In this document: piece by piece, positions 8,996 to 17,865 of the stretch | How the letters are laid out: each line of letters starts with the position of its first letter | Position numbering within the stretch: position 1 is the first letter of the stretch | Sequence record: DRR378314_405 | Strand: one strand, 5' to 3' | Length of the DNA: 64,000 nucleotides | Program-made: the position numbers and the translations under genes | The notes under the pieces: model-generated | The model's database searches: none | Seen by the model: the letters and a program-made list of their open reading frames with translations, nothing else | Told to the model about the DNA's origin: nothing

Positions 8996-10606
8996 TTAAG
9001 AGTCAAACCACCAGCGGCTTGCACCTCTTGCCCCGTCAACCTGCCAAGCACCGGACAGGTTTTCACCATGGGCTACGTTTTTGCGGCGGGCATAAACGAA
9101 GTTTGTGAACATCGGAATAATGGTTCCGCCATCATCTTTGGCCAGCATCTGCATTTCTTTATACATGGCTGCCCGTTTTTCCTGATCCAGTTCCGCCTTG
9201 GCCTGCAGCAGCAGTTCATTGAACCGCTTGTTCTGCCAATGGCTTTCGTTCCAGGCGGCATCGTCTTTATAGGCAAGAGACAACATCACATCCGGTGTTG
9301 GGCGGGCGCCCCACTGCACCATACAGAACGGTTTTTTCAGCCAGACATCGGAATAATATCCATCATTGGGCTCGCGCACCACATTGATGTTGATGCCCGC
9401 TTTCTTGGCTTGCTCCGCATAGAGCACGCACATATCAACCGCACCGGAATACACACTGTCGGCCGTGGACAGGCTGACATTGATGCTGTCATGACCGGCT
9501 TCTTTCAGATGGAATTTAGCCTTGTCCGGATCATAGGGCCGCTGCGGCAGATCCGCCCAATACGGCATGTTTGGAGACACATGATAATCATTGCCCGCAA
9601 TCGCCGTTCCAAACGCGATCTTTTCAATGATTTCATTCCGGTCGATAGCATATTTCATCGCCAGACGAACGTTCACATCATTGAACGGTGCCACATCACA
9701 GAACATCGGCATGGTGATCGCCGCGCCACTGGGGACGTTATCCACAAGAATGTTCGGATCCCGCTTCAGCAGAGACAGGGTTTTCAGTTCCAATTGGGTA
9801 ATGGCGTCCACATCACCGGTAACCAACGCTGTTTGACGGGCGTTTGGATCGTTAAGGACAACCAGTTCAACGGAATCAAAGTAAGCGCCTTCAAGATGCC
9901 AGCCATCATGACGGACCAGCTGGGTGCCCACACCCGGCTGATGGGATTCGATCTTATAAGGACCGGAGCCGTCGCCTGACTGCCAATCGATTGTCCCATC
10001 GGACTTCGCAGGACACATCGCCAGATGATAATCGGTCAACAGCCATGGCAAGTCAGCGTTACCCGTTGCCAGCTTGATGGTGACCGTATGGGAATCGTCT
10101 TTGACGATATCCGTCACGTCTTTGAGCAGGGCCTTGGCCGCTGAAGTGGTTTTATCACCCCGGTGATGGTTCAAAGAGGCGATCACGTCATCTGCGGTCA
10201 GTGGCTTACCGCTATGGAAAGACGCGCCTTTGTTAATTTTGAATGTCCACGCCGTCGCATCCGCGGAGGCAGACCAGGACTCGGCCACATCCGGACCCAA
10301 TCCATTTTCAGATGTAATCAATGTCAGATAGCTGCGGTAGGTATGCGCCAACTGGATCATTGAGAAACTCAGGTATGTTCCCGGATCATGCGAGTCCGAT
10401 GTGTTACCATCATGCGAGCCCAGCCGGAAATGTCCCCCTTTTTTCGGTGTCGCCGCATGCACTTCTTTCGTCCAGAGCGCAGAAGCCGCACTGATCGTTA
10501 AACCGGCGGCAGCAGAATACTGCATAAAATCACGACGGCTAATCCGACCTTTCCGACCATCCGCGAGAAGCTTCGCTGTTAGTTCGGAGTTCATATTATT
10601 TACCAT
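8996..10606 (-). CDS. Family 5 ABC substrate-binding protein, Tat-exported
   Basis: Twin-arginine 'SRRDFMQ'; 'GSGPYK', 'PFNDVNVRLA', 'YDPDKAK'. Confidence 0.95.
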   Translation of the reverse strand: MVNNMNSELTAKLLADGRKGRISRRDFMQYSAAAGLTISAASALWTKEVHAATPKKGGHFRLGSHDGNTSDSHDPGTYLSFSMIQLAHTYRSYLTLITSENGLGPDVAESWSASADATAWTFKINKGASFHSGKPLTADDVIASLNHHRGDKTTSAAKALLKDVTDIVKDDSHTVTIKLATGNADLPWLLTDYHLAMCPAKSDGTIDWQSGDGSGPYKIESHQPGVGTQLVRHDGWHLEGAYFDSVELVVLNDPNARQTALVTGDVDAITQLELKTLSLLKRDPNILVDNVPSGAAITMPMFCDVAPFNDVNVRLAMKYAIDRNEIIEKIAFGTAIAGNDYHVSPNMPYWADLPQRPYDPDKAKFHLKEAGHDSINVSLSTADSVYSGAVDMCVLYAEQAKKAGININVVREPNDGYYSDVWLKKPFCMVQWGARPTPDVMLSLAYKDDAAWNESHWQNKRFNELLLQAKAELDQEKRAAMYKEMQMLAKDDGGTIIPMFTNFVYARRKNVAHGENLSGAWQVDGARGASRWWFDS

Positions 10607-11069
10607 ACTATTTTTCTCCCAGTTTTCCTGTAAATAGCCCAGATTTTAATTAATTATTAACATGTTAGGCCAATCAAAGCTACTTGGTTTTTGGATTTTT
10701 TTGGAAACTATTTAAAATTTACTTATTCATTACCAATAGAAATACTAATAGATAGCATATCGTTACTATTTTTAAGTATATTTAATACTTTTACGAGGAA
10801 TAATTATTTTTATCTATTTAATTTTACTATTAAATAAGGAGGAATTTTGGCAAATAACTGCCCCTATTATTTAGATTTCCGAAAGAAATTTTTTGAAAAT
10901 TCAGTCTTTCTAATAAACAAAACCCCATACATAGAATCTATTCAGTTTTATAAACCGCACACCAAAAATAAATATTATGCTAGTTGTAACTGGCGGCAAA
11001 CTATACAAAATAAGGAACTGTTGGGCGCATCCAAACACAACGAGAGACAAGAACTCTGGAGAAGAACTG

Positions 11070-11948
11070 ATGATCGAAGACACCTCCTACACTCCGCCAA
11101 AAGTCTGGACATGGGAACAGGGAAATGGCGGCAAATTTGCCAATATCAACCGACCTATTGCCGGCCCGACACATGACAAAGTTCTGCCCAAAGGCAAGCA
11201 CCCGCTGCAACTTTATTCTTTGGCGACACCCAACGGCGTCAAAGTGACAATCCTGCTCGAAGAGTTGCTGGCCGCCGGTTACAGCGAGGCCGAATATGAC
11301 GCCTGGCTGATCAAGATCGGTGATGGCGACCAGTTCGGCAGCGGCTTTGTCGATATCAACCCCAACTCCAAAATTCCAGCCCTGATGGATTACAGCACGG
11401 AAAAGCCGACCCGGATTTTCGAGTCTGGCGCGATTCTTCTGTATCTTGCTGAAAAATTTGGCGCATTTCTGCCAGAAGATCCGTCCAAGCGGGCAGAACT
11501 GCTATCCTGGCTGTTCTGGCAAATGGGCAGCGCCCCCTATTTGGGCGGCGGGTTCGGCCATTTTTACGCCTATGCCCCGGTCAAGATCAAATATTGCATC
11601 GATCGCTTCGCCATGGAAGTCAAACGGCAACTGGATGTGCTGGATCGCCAACTTGCGGATAACGAATATATCAGCGGTGACACCTATACGATTGCCGACA
11701 TGGCCATCTGGCCTTGGTATGGCGCACTTGTTCAAAACAAAGTCTATGAGGCCGCAGAATTTCTGGATACAGCCTCCTACAAGCATGTGAACCGCTGGAC
11801 CGAGCAGGTCGGCAAGCGCAAAGCCGTTCAACGGGGCCGCATGGTCAATCGGGTCATGGGCGCACCGCAAGAGCAGTTGCATGAGAGGCATGATGCCAGC
11901 GACTTTGAAACCCGCACCCAGGACAAGCTGGAAGCAGCAGGCGAGTAG
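11070..11948 (+). CDS. yghU: Glutathione-dependent disulfide-bond oxidoreductase (Nu-class GST)
   Basis: 'YTPPKVWTW', 'LYSLATPNGVKV', 'INPNSKIP', 'LHERHDASDF'; start ATG 11070 after GGAG. Confidence 0.92.
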   Translation: MIEDTSYTPPKVWTWEQGNGGKFANINRPIAGPTHDKVLPKGKHPLQLYSLATPNGVKVTILLEELLAAGYSEAEYDAWLIKIGDGDQFGSGFVDINPNSKIPALMDYSTEKPTRIFESGAILLYLAEKFGAFLPEDPSKRAELLSWLFWQMGSAPYLGGGFGHFYAYAPVKIKYCIDRFAMEVKRQLDVLDRQLADNEYISGDTYTIADMAIWPWYGALVQNKVYEAAEFLDTASYKHVNRWTEQVGKRKAVQRGRMVNRVMGAPQEQLHERHDASDFETRTQDKLEAAGE

Positions 11949-11982
11949 GCCCAAGCCACCGCCCCTCAATGATACCCGCAAT

Positions 11983-12012
11983 AAAAAGGCCGCCCCAACC
12001 GGGCGGCCTTTT
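11983..12012. terminator. Bidirectional intrinsic terminator
   Basis: AAAAAGGCCGCCC-caacc-GGGCGGCCTTTT between convergent genes. Confidence 0.85.
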
Positions 12013-12035
12013 CAGTTTAGAATACCAGATCGAAA

Positions 12036-13625
12036 TCAGGATTTTTCTGAAGCACCGCCTTTAAAGCGGACGATCTCGTTCGATTTCAAACGGTTGAAGT
12101 AACTGTTCATCTCGCGCTTGACGATCGGCATCAGGAAGTAAAGAGCGGAAATATTCACCACAGCCATCGCAAAGATCATAGCATCGGAGAAATCAATAAC
12201 CGCGCCCAACTGAGCCGCAGCCCCGATCACGATAAAAATGCAGAAAATAACCTTGAAGATCGTTTCCTTGGTTTTTCCTTCACCGACCAGATATGTCCAG
12301 GCCTTAAGACCATAATAGGACCAACTGATCATGGTCGAGAAGGCAAAGAGAACCACCGCAATCGCCAGGACATACGGGAACCAGCCTATGGAAGATCCAA
12401 ATGCGGCTGAGGTCAACTGCACACCGGATGAGCCATCAACAGTCTTAATGGCACCGCCATCCAGCAGATAAAGACCAGTCGACGGATCCGCGACCAGAAC
12501 ACCGGAAATGGTGATGACCAAAGCGGTCATTGTGCAGATCACAACCGTATCGATGAACGGCTCCAACAAGGAGACAACACCTTCTGTAATCGGCTCTTTC
12601 GTGCGAACGGCGGAGTGAGCGATGGCAGCAGAACCAACACCGGCCTCATTTGAGAAGGCCGCCCGTTTAAAGCCCTGGATCAAAGCCCCGACAAAACCGC
12701 CAGCAACCCCAAGACCGGTAAAGGCACCTTCAAAAATCTGGCCAAATGCCCAGCCGATCATATCATAATTGGCAATCAGGATGATCAGTGCAGCACCCAC
12801 ATAAAGGACGCCCATCAGAGGGACAACTTTTTCCGTTACATTGGCGATGGACTTGATGCCCCCAACGATTACCAAAAAGACAACCGCAGCCAGGATCAAC
12901 CCGGTGATCCAGCCATTACCAGCCAGGAAACTGGCATCGCCACCCGTAATCCCGACAAGCTGGGCATGCGCCTGATTAGCCTGGAACATGTTCCCCCCGC
13001 CGAGTGCGCCGCCGATTGTGAAAATAGAGAAAACAACCGCCAAGATAGCGCCGCCGGGAAGTCCCCGCTCTTTAAAGCCCTTGGTCATATAATACATGGG
13101 ACCACCCGAGACGGTTCCATCTTCATATTCGTTCCTGTATTTCACACCCAGCGTACATTCCGTGAATTTGGACGCCATTCCCATTAGACCCGCGAGGATC
13201 ATCCAGAAGGTGGCACCGGGACCGCCGATCCCGACGGCAACCGCCACACCCGCGATGTTGCCAAGCCCCACTGTACCGGACAAGGCTGTCGCCAGGGCCT
13301 GGAAGTGACTGACCTCACCGGCGTCATTGGGATCGGAATAATCCCCTTTGACCAGAGAGATCGCATGCCCAAACGCGCGAAACTGAATGAAACCGAAGTA
13401 GATTGTGAAAATCGTTGCCGCAACAACCAGCCAAAGTACAATCCATGGAAAGGATGTGCCGGGCAGTGGCGCGAAAATCAAACTGACGAACCAGCCTGTT
13501 GAACTGGCAAAAATATCATTGACCTGCTGATCAAAGGTCATCGCCTCTTCCTGTGCCCAGGCGAGCCCCGGCACCACTGTCAGCAGAAGGGCAAAAAGCC
13601 CCCGCAGTTTAGTTTGTAAGGTCAT
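12036..13625 (-). CDS. Alanine/glycine:cation symporter (AGCS family)
   Basis: 'GTVGLGNIAGVA', 'GGPGATFWM', 'GGPMYY', 'FSNEAGVGS'. Confidence 0.95.
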   Translation of the reverse strand: MTLQTKLRGLFALLLTVVPGLAWAQEEAMTFDQQVNDIFASSTGWFVSLIFAPLPGTSFPWIVLWLVVAATIFTIYFGFIQFRAFGHAISLVKGDYSDPNDAGEVSHFQALATALSGTVGLGNIAGVAVAVGIGGPGATFWMILAGLMGMASKFTECTLGVKYRNEYEDGTVSGGPMYYMTKGFKERGLPGGAILAVVFSIFTIGGALGGGNMFQANQAHAQLVGITGGDASFLAGNGWITGLILAAVVFLVIVGGIKSIANVTEKVVPLMGVLYVGAALIILIANYDMIGWAFGQIFEGAFTGLGVAGGFVGALIQGFKRAAFSNEAGVGSAAIAHSAVRTKEPITEGVVSLLEPFIDTVVICTMTALVITISGVLVADPSTGLYLLDGGAIKTVDGSSGVQLTSAAFGSSIGWFPYVLAIAVVLFAFSTMISWSYYGLKAWTYLVGEGKTKETIFKVIFCIFIVIGAAAQLGAVIDFSDAMIFAMAVVNISALYFLMPIVKREMNSYFNRLKSNEIVRFKGGASEKS

Positions 13626-13634
13626 TTTACCCCC

Positions 13635-14075
13635 CTATGGAATGATCGTAACCGGCACGGACGCCGTTGCAACAAGGCGTCCACTGACCCCTCCAAACAG
13701 TCGCTCTTTCAAGCCACGGGATCCCACGCGACCAACGACAATCTGTTCCGCATTATGCTGCTTGGCGATCTGATCGAGAAGTTCTGCGGCATCCCCATGC
13801 CGGACAACCCCCTCAACTGCAAAGCCTTCCGCTTCGGTTGCCTTTACAGCCGGATCAAGTATCCGCTCCTTGGCAAGCGCGATTTCCTCCTCACGTCGCT
13901 TATGACGCTGGTCATTTTCTTCAGCAGTCTGAAAGGAGAAGGGTGACCATTCGATGACGTAGCAAATCAGGATTTTCCCATCCCCGATCAGCTTTGCCCG
14001 GCTTTTTGCAAAGGCTAATGCCTTTTCGCCGGATTGGGAGCCATCAATTCCAACGACAAATGTTGTTTGACTCAT
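13635..14075 (-). CDS. Universal stress protein (UspA family)
   Basis: 'VVGIDGS', 'IVVGRVG...LFGGVS'; start ATG 14075; co-oriented with the symporter. Confidence 0.9.
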   Translation of the reverse strand: MSQTTFVVGIDGSQSGEKALAFAKSRAKLIGDGKILICYVIEWSPFSFQTAEENDQRHKRREEEIALAKERILDPAVKATEAEGFAVEGVVRHGDAAELLDQIAKQHNAEQIVVGRVGSRGLKERLFGGVSGRLVATASVPVTIIP

Positions 14076-14384
14076 CTTCCTGTCCCTATTTTTTTCGCTT
14101 AAAGGCTGCAAAAGACCAAACAAAACGATACTAAATCGGACTCAAAAACACGATCACTCCACAGCCATCACAAAACCGTAACACGCTCTTCTCAGGAAAT
14201 CTATACATTCAAACGACTGAATTTAATGAAAAATTTCATGTGAAATAATTTTTACTTATTTCAATGAGGCCAAAAGGCTGTTTTATTTAAGAAAAATCAC
14301 ACATATAACGACTGTTTGATGCCAATTTATATTCGCAGCCATTAAATATTATAATACTATTATAGGGAGAAGGGTTGATCGGTT

Positions 14385-15926
14385 CTAAAGAGCGGTGCGC
14401 ACCTCGTAAATCACCACCGGATCTGCCTTGCCACGGATCGGTTGCGGCCCCCTTGAAACCACATCCAGATCAGCAATGCCGTCCCGTTTTAAAAGGCTCT
14501 CGGTCGCTTCGGTCATCAGAATTCGGCTGGCCAGTTCTTTGTTCATTTTCTCCAACCGTGAAGCCGTGTTCACCGCATCCCCATAAACGGTATAGATCGC
14601 CCGCTCCGGCGGTCCGACAACACCGGCGATTACCTCTCCGGTGCTGATGCCGATCCGACAGGCAAGCCGCTTGCCATGGGGGAATTCATAGTCCTTTAGC
14701 AATTCCTGGATCTGAGCGGCAGTTCGAACCGCCTTTTGCGCATGTTCCAGATCGACCACAGGCACATTAAAGGTGACCAGCATCGCATCGCCTTCAAAGT
14801 GATTGACCACCCCGTCATTACGGGCGACGATTTTGACCACCTCTCCAAAATAGACATTGAGGATCTCGGCGACGGTTTTGGGCTCATAGGTTTCACACAG
14901 ACTGGTAAACCCTTCAATGTCGATGAACATCAAGGTTGCCGTTCGAACCTGCGGCGTAAATCGATCGCGATTTTCCAGAATTAGCTCTGCCACTTTTTCC
15001 GGGACATACCGGCCAAAGGTTTGGCGGATAAAATTCCGATCACGGATCTGCGCAATCATGGTGTTCACCTGAACAGAGAGAATACCAAGCTCATCATCGG
15101 TGAGTGGTACTGCCTTTGCCGTCAGATTATCGGCCTGCACTTCCTCCACCACTTCTTTGAGGTTTTGGAGCGGTTGGGTTAGAGAGCGGCAAATAAAATA
15201 GATGCAGAAGAAAGAAGCAATGATCGTTGAACTGATATCCAGCAGCACGGCTTCGCGTAATGTCAGCCCCTGCAATCCGCGAATATCTTCAAAATAATAT
15301 AAATCGGAAATGATCAGGATGGCGGGTAGCAACACAATCGCCATTGTCCCGATCAGAAGCCGGATCAGAAGCGAATGATAAACGGAAGCCCGCTCCACCG
15401 GCAGGTTGGTCCTGCGGGCTAGCCAGCCCCGCCCATAAATGCTGGACTCCATTGTGATAAAATACGCATAGACAGAGAATTGGCAGGCATAGATCAGCGA
15501 AAACCAGAGCGCCGCGACTATCAGTTTTCCCTCCGCGGCGGTCGAGCTTTCAATGTCTTCGACCAGATATTCACCGCGAGAGATATTGATCAGTTGATAG
15601 GCAAAGGTCAGGACAAAAGCCCAGAAGGTAATCCGGGTGTGCAATTTATAGAAAATACTGCCAACCGATTTGCCATTGGGTAGATGTGATTGTTCCAGCC
15701 GCCGTAAATCTGACGATAACCAGTAGGCCAGCACCAGCAGAGCCGGCCCGAAGATCAGTAGACTTGTGAGAATTGACGAAAACGCCCCCGACCAGTTTCC
15801 CGAAAGCGCCCCGTAAAGCAGAAGAAAGGTCTGATCAATCGGAACTAATCCAACGAGGAAAATCCCCAGATACCAGGAGGGGCGAAGTCCGATAGCTTCC
15901 TGTTCTGTTTTTTCCTGTCCCGCCAC
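14385..15926 (-). CDS. Membrane class III adenylate/guanylate cyclase with HAMP domain
   Basis: About 6 TM segments; HAMP (PL..L...DELG); 'FIDIEGFT', 'GDA', 'GDAVNTASRLE'. Confidence 0.9.
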   Translation of the reverse strand: MAGQEKTEQEAIGLRPSWYLGIFLVGLVPIDQTFLLLYGALSGNWSGAFSSILTSLLIFGPALLVLAYWLSSDLRRLEQSHLPNGKSVGSIFYKLHTRITFWAFVLTFAYQLINISRGEYLVEDIESSTAAEGKLIVAALWFSLIYACQFSVYAYFITMESSIYGRGWLARRTNLPVERASVYHSLLIRLLIGTMAIVLLPAILIISDLYYFEDIRGLQGLTLREAVLLDISSTIIASFFCIYFICRSLTQPLQNLKEVVEEVQADNLTAKAVPLTDDELGILSVQVNTMIAQIRDRNFIRQTFGRYVPEKVAELILENRDRFTPQVRTATLMFIDIEGFTSLCETYEPKTVAEILNVYFGEVVKIVARNDGVVNHFEGDAMLVTFNVPVVDLEHAQKAVRTAAQIQELLKDYEFPHGKRLACRIGISTGEVIAGVVGPPERAIYTVYGDAVNTASRLEKMNKELASRILMTEATESLLKRDGIADLDVVSRGPQPIRGKADPVVIYEVRTAL

Positions 15927-16040
15927 CTGGCTTATCCCCTACAAGGATCAAATGACCTGATCCAAAAATTTTCCCAATCGACAAATCTGACCTACATATT
16001 GGACCGTATCATCACTGAAACCAAGAGCTGTTGTGTAACT

Positions 16041-17483
16041 ATGACCAATTCTAATACGCCGATAACCCTGCATTGGTTCAGACAGGATTTGAGACTGTCG
16101 GACAATCCGGCCCTGCTGGACGCTTGCCAAGCCGGTCAGATGATACCTGTTTTCATTCTGGATGACGAGAGTCAGAAGGAATGGAGGCAGGGCGCCGCCA
16201 GCAAATGGTGGCTGCACCGAAGCCTTCGCAGCCTGAATAAAAGCTTGAAGGGAAATCTGGTTTTTCGCACTGGAAATGCAGAGAAAAATCTGACGGAGCT
16301 GGCCCGGCAAAGCGGCGCGGTTAGAATAACCTGGAACCGAAGCTATGAGCCCGCGGCCATCAAACGGGATACCCAGATCAAGAAAACCCTGAAAGCCGAT
16401 GGCATTGAGGTACAAACGTTTAATGGCCGGCTTTTGTGGGAGCCATGGACCGTGCAAAAACCGGACGGAACGCCCTATAGGGTTTTTACCAAATTTTATC
16501 GCAATGGGTGCCAGAAGGCACCGGCACCGCGCTTTCCCGTCAAAGCGCCCGGCAAAATTTCCTTTGCAGCTCATGACCTGGAGATGCCGGATCTGGAAAG
16601 TCTGAAGCTGCAGCCCCTTCACAACTGGACCCTGCAGCAGACCCCCGAATGGCAGCCCGGCGAAGACGGCGCCTGGGCGCAAATTGACCGCTTCATCGAA
16701 CAGGGGTTGGACACCTACAAAAAAGGGCGAGATTTTCCGGCCCTTCACGCCACGTCCCGCCTCTCCCCCCACCTGCATTTTGGAGAAATTTCCCCAAATC
16801 AGGTTTGGCACCGGGTTCAGGCGCTGGTCAGCGCGGACGGGCTGGATCAGAATATGGATCAATTTCTGATGGAGCTGGCATGGCGGGAATTTTCCTATTC
16901 CCTGCTCTATTATAATCCGCAATTGCCCGACAAGAATTACCAATCCAAATTTGACAACTTCCCCTGGCGGTCCGATCCCAAAGCGCTGCAAGCCTGGCAA
17001 GTTGGAAAAACCGGTATCCCGATTGTTGATGCGGGTCTGCGCGAACTGTGGCAAACCGGATACATGCATAACCGTATCCGCATGGTTGTTGCCTCTTTCC
17101 TGACGAAGAACCTACTGCTGCACTGGCGAGACGGGGAAGCTTGGTTCTGGGACACGCTGGTTGATGCGGATCTTGCCAATAACAGCGCAAGCTGGCAGTG
17201 GGTGGCCGGATGCGGCGCCGATGCCGCGCCCTATTTCCGGATTTTTAACCCTGTCACTCAAGGTCAGCGGTTCGATCCGGATGGGGAGTATGTGCGCCAC
17301 TGGGTCCCGGAATTGGCAAAACTGGAGACCAAATACCTCTTCAGTCCATGGACGGCGAATGAGGAGATTTTGACCGCGGCCAAAGTCACCTTGGGAGAGA
17401 CCTATCCCCATCCGCTGGTTGACCTCAAATCCTCCCGCGCGGCGGCGTTGGACGCCTATCAGGCTGTCAAATCCACAACTTAA
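16041..17483 (+). CDS. phrB: Deoxyribodipyrimidine photolyase (cryptochrome/photolyase family)
   Basis: 'WFRQDLRLSDNPAL', 'TSRLSPHLHFGEIS', 'GYMHNRIRM', 'DAAPYFRIFNP'. Confidence 0.93.
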   Translation: MTNSNTPITLHWFRQDLRLSDNPALLDACQAGQMIPVFILDDESQKEWRQGAASKWWLHRSLRSLNKSLKGNLVFRTGNAEKNLTELARQSGAVRITWNRSYEPAAIKRDTQIKKTLKADGIEVQTFNGRLLWEPWTVQKPDGTPYRVFTKFYRNGCQKAPAPRFPVKAPGKISFAAHDLEMPDLESLKLQPLHNWTLQQTPEWQPGEDGAWAQIDRFIEQGLDTYKKGRDFPALHATSRLSPHLHFGEISPNQVWHRVQALVSADGLDQNMDQFLMELAWREFSYSLLYYNPQLPDKNYQSKFDNFPWRSDPKALQAWQVGKTGIPIVDAGLRELWQTGYMHNRIRMVVASFLTKNLLLHWRDGEAWFWDTLVDADLANNSASWQWVAGCGADAAPYFRIFNPVTQGQRFDPDGEYVRHWVPELAKLETKYLFSPWTANEEILTAAKVTLGETYPHPLVDLKSSRAAALDAYQAVKSTT

Positions 17484-17534
17484 CGATATTTCATAAAATA
17501 TAAATTTCTATCAAATCCCTTGACTCGTTATCGC

Positions 17535-17553
17535 GCTATTGATAATCATTCTC
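17535..17553 (+). promoter_or_regulatory. Fur box overlapping the heme-operon promoter
   Basis: GCTATTGATAATCATTCTC matches GATAATGATAATCATTATC at 16/19 positions; TTGACT at 17520. Confidence 0.75.
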
Positions 17554-17602
17554 AGTAGCAACGGAATACCGCCGTTTTCATAGCGTGTGAGCAGTTTTTT
17601 AA

Positions 17603-17776
17603 ATGAGTGCCGAACAGCCAAAAACCGATCCAAAGGTTCGCAATATTCCAGTCGTTGATAACTGCATTGAAAGTGGGGAAATCTTTCAGTCCAGTCGACA
17701 GCTGTGCATTTTGCATAATGGCGCGGAATACAAACTGCAACTCACCGGAAACGGCAAGCTTATATTAACAAAGTAG
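17603..17776 (+). CDS. hemP: Hemin uptake protein HemP/HmuP (57 aa, absent from the ORF track)
   Basis: Translates to MSAEQPK...LCILHNGAEYKLQLTGNGKLILTK*; the C-terminal 'GKLILTK' is the HemP hallmark; precedes the heme receptor. Confidence 0.92.
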   Translation: MSAEQPKTDPKVRNIPVVDNCIESGEIFQSSRQLCILHNGAEYKLQLTGNGKLILTK

Positions 17777-17780
17777 GTTA

Positions 17781-17833
17781 GTAGCAAGCCACCCAGCCAT
17801 CCTTCGACAAGAAGGTAGCAAGGCAGCAAGCCA
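17781..17833 (+). promoter_or_regulatory. Putative HmuP-responsive direct repeats in the receptor leader
   Basis: GTAGCAAGCCA (17781), CCCAGCCA, GTAGCAAGG (17815), GCAGCAAGCCA (17823) around a CCTTC/GAAGG hairpin. Confidence 0.55.
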
Positions 17834-17865
17834 TCGCCCTTTATATCCAGTCAGTGGGAATTAAC

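Noticed and set aside
9068-9979. 303-aa plus-strand ORF
   Set aside because: Antisense shadow of the SBP gene
10646-10661. TTAA-N7-TTAAC CtrA-like box
   Set aside because: Lies in an extremely AT-rich tract where such matches are expected by chance
10847-11176. 109-aa ORF and upstream extension of yghU
   Set aside because: AT-rich, non-coding-like composition; the real start fits ATG 11070
15948-17069. 373-aa minus-strand ORF
   Set aside because: Antisense to the photolyase; codon-bias artefact
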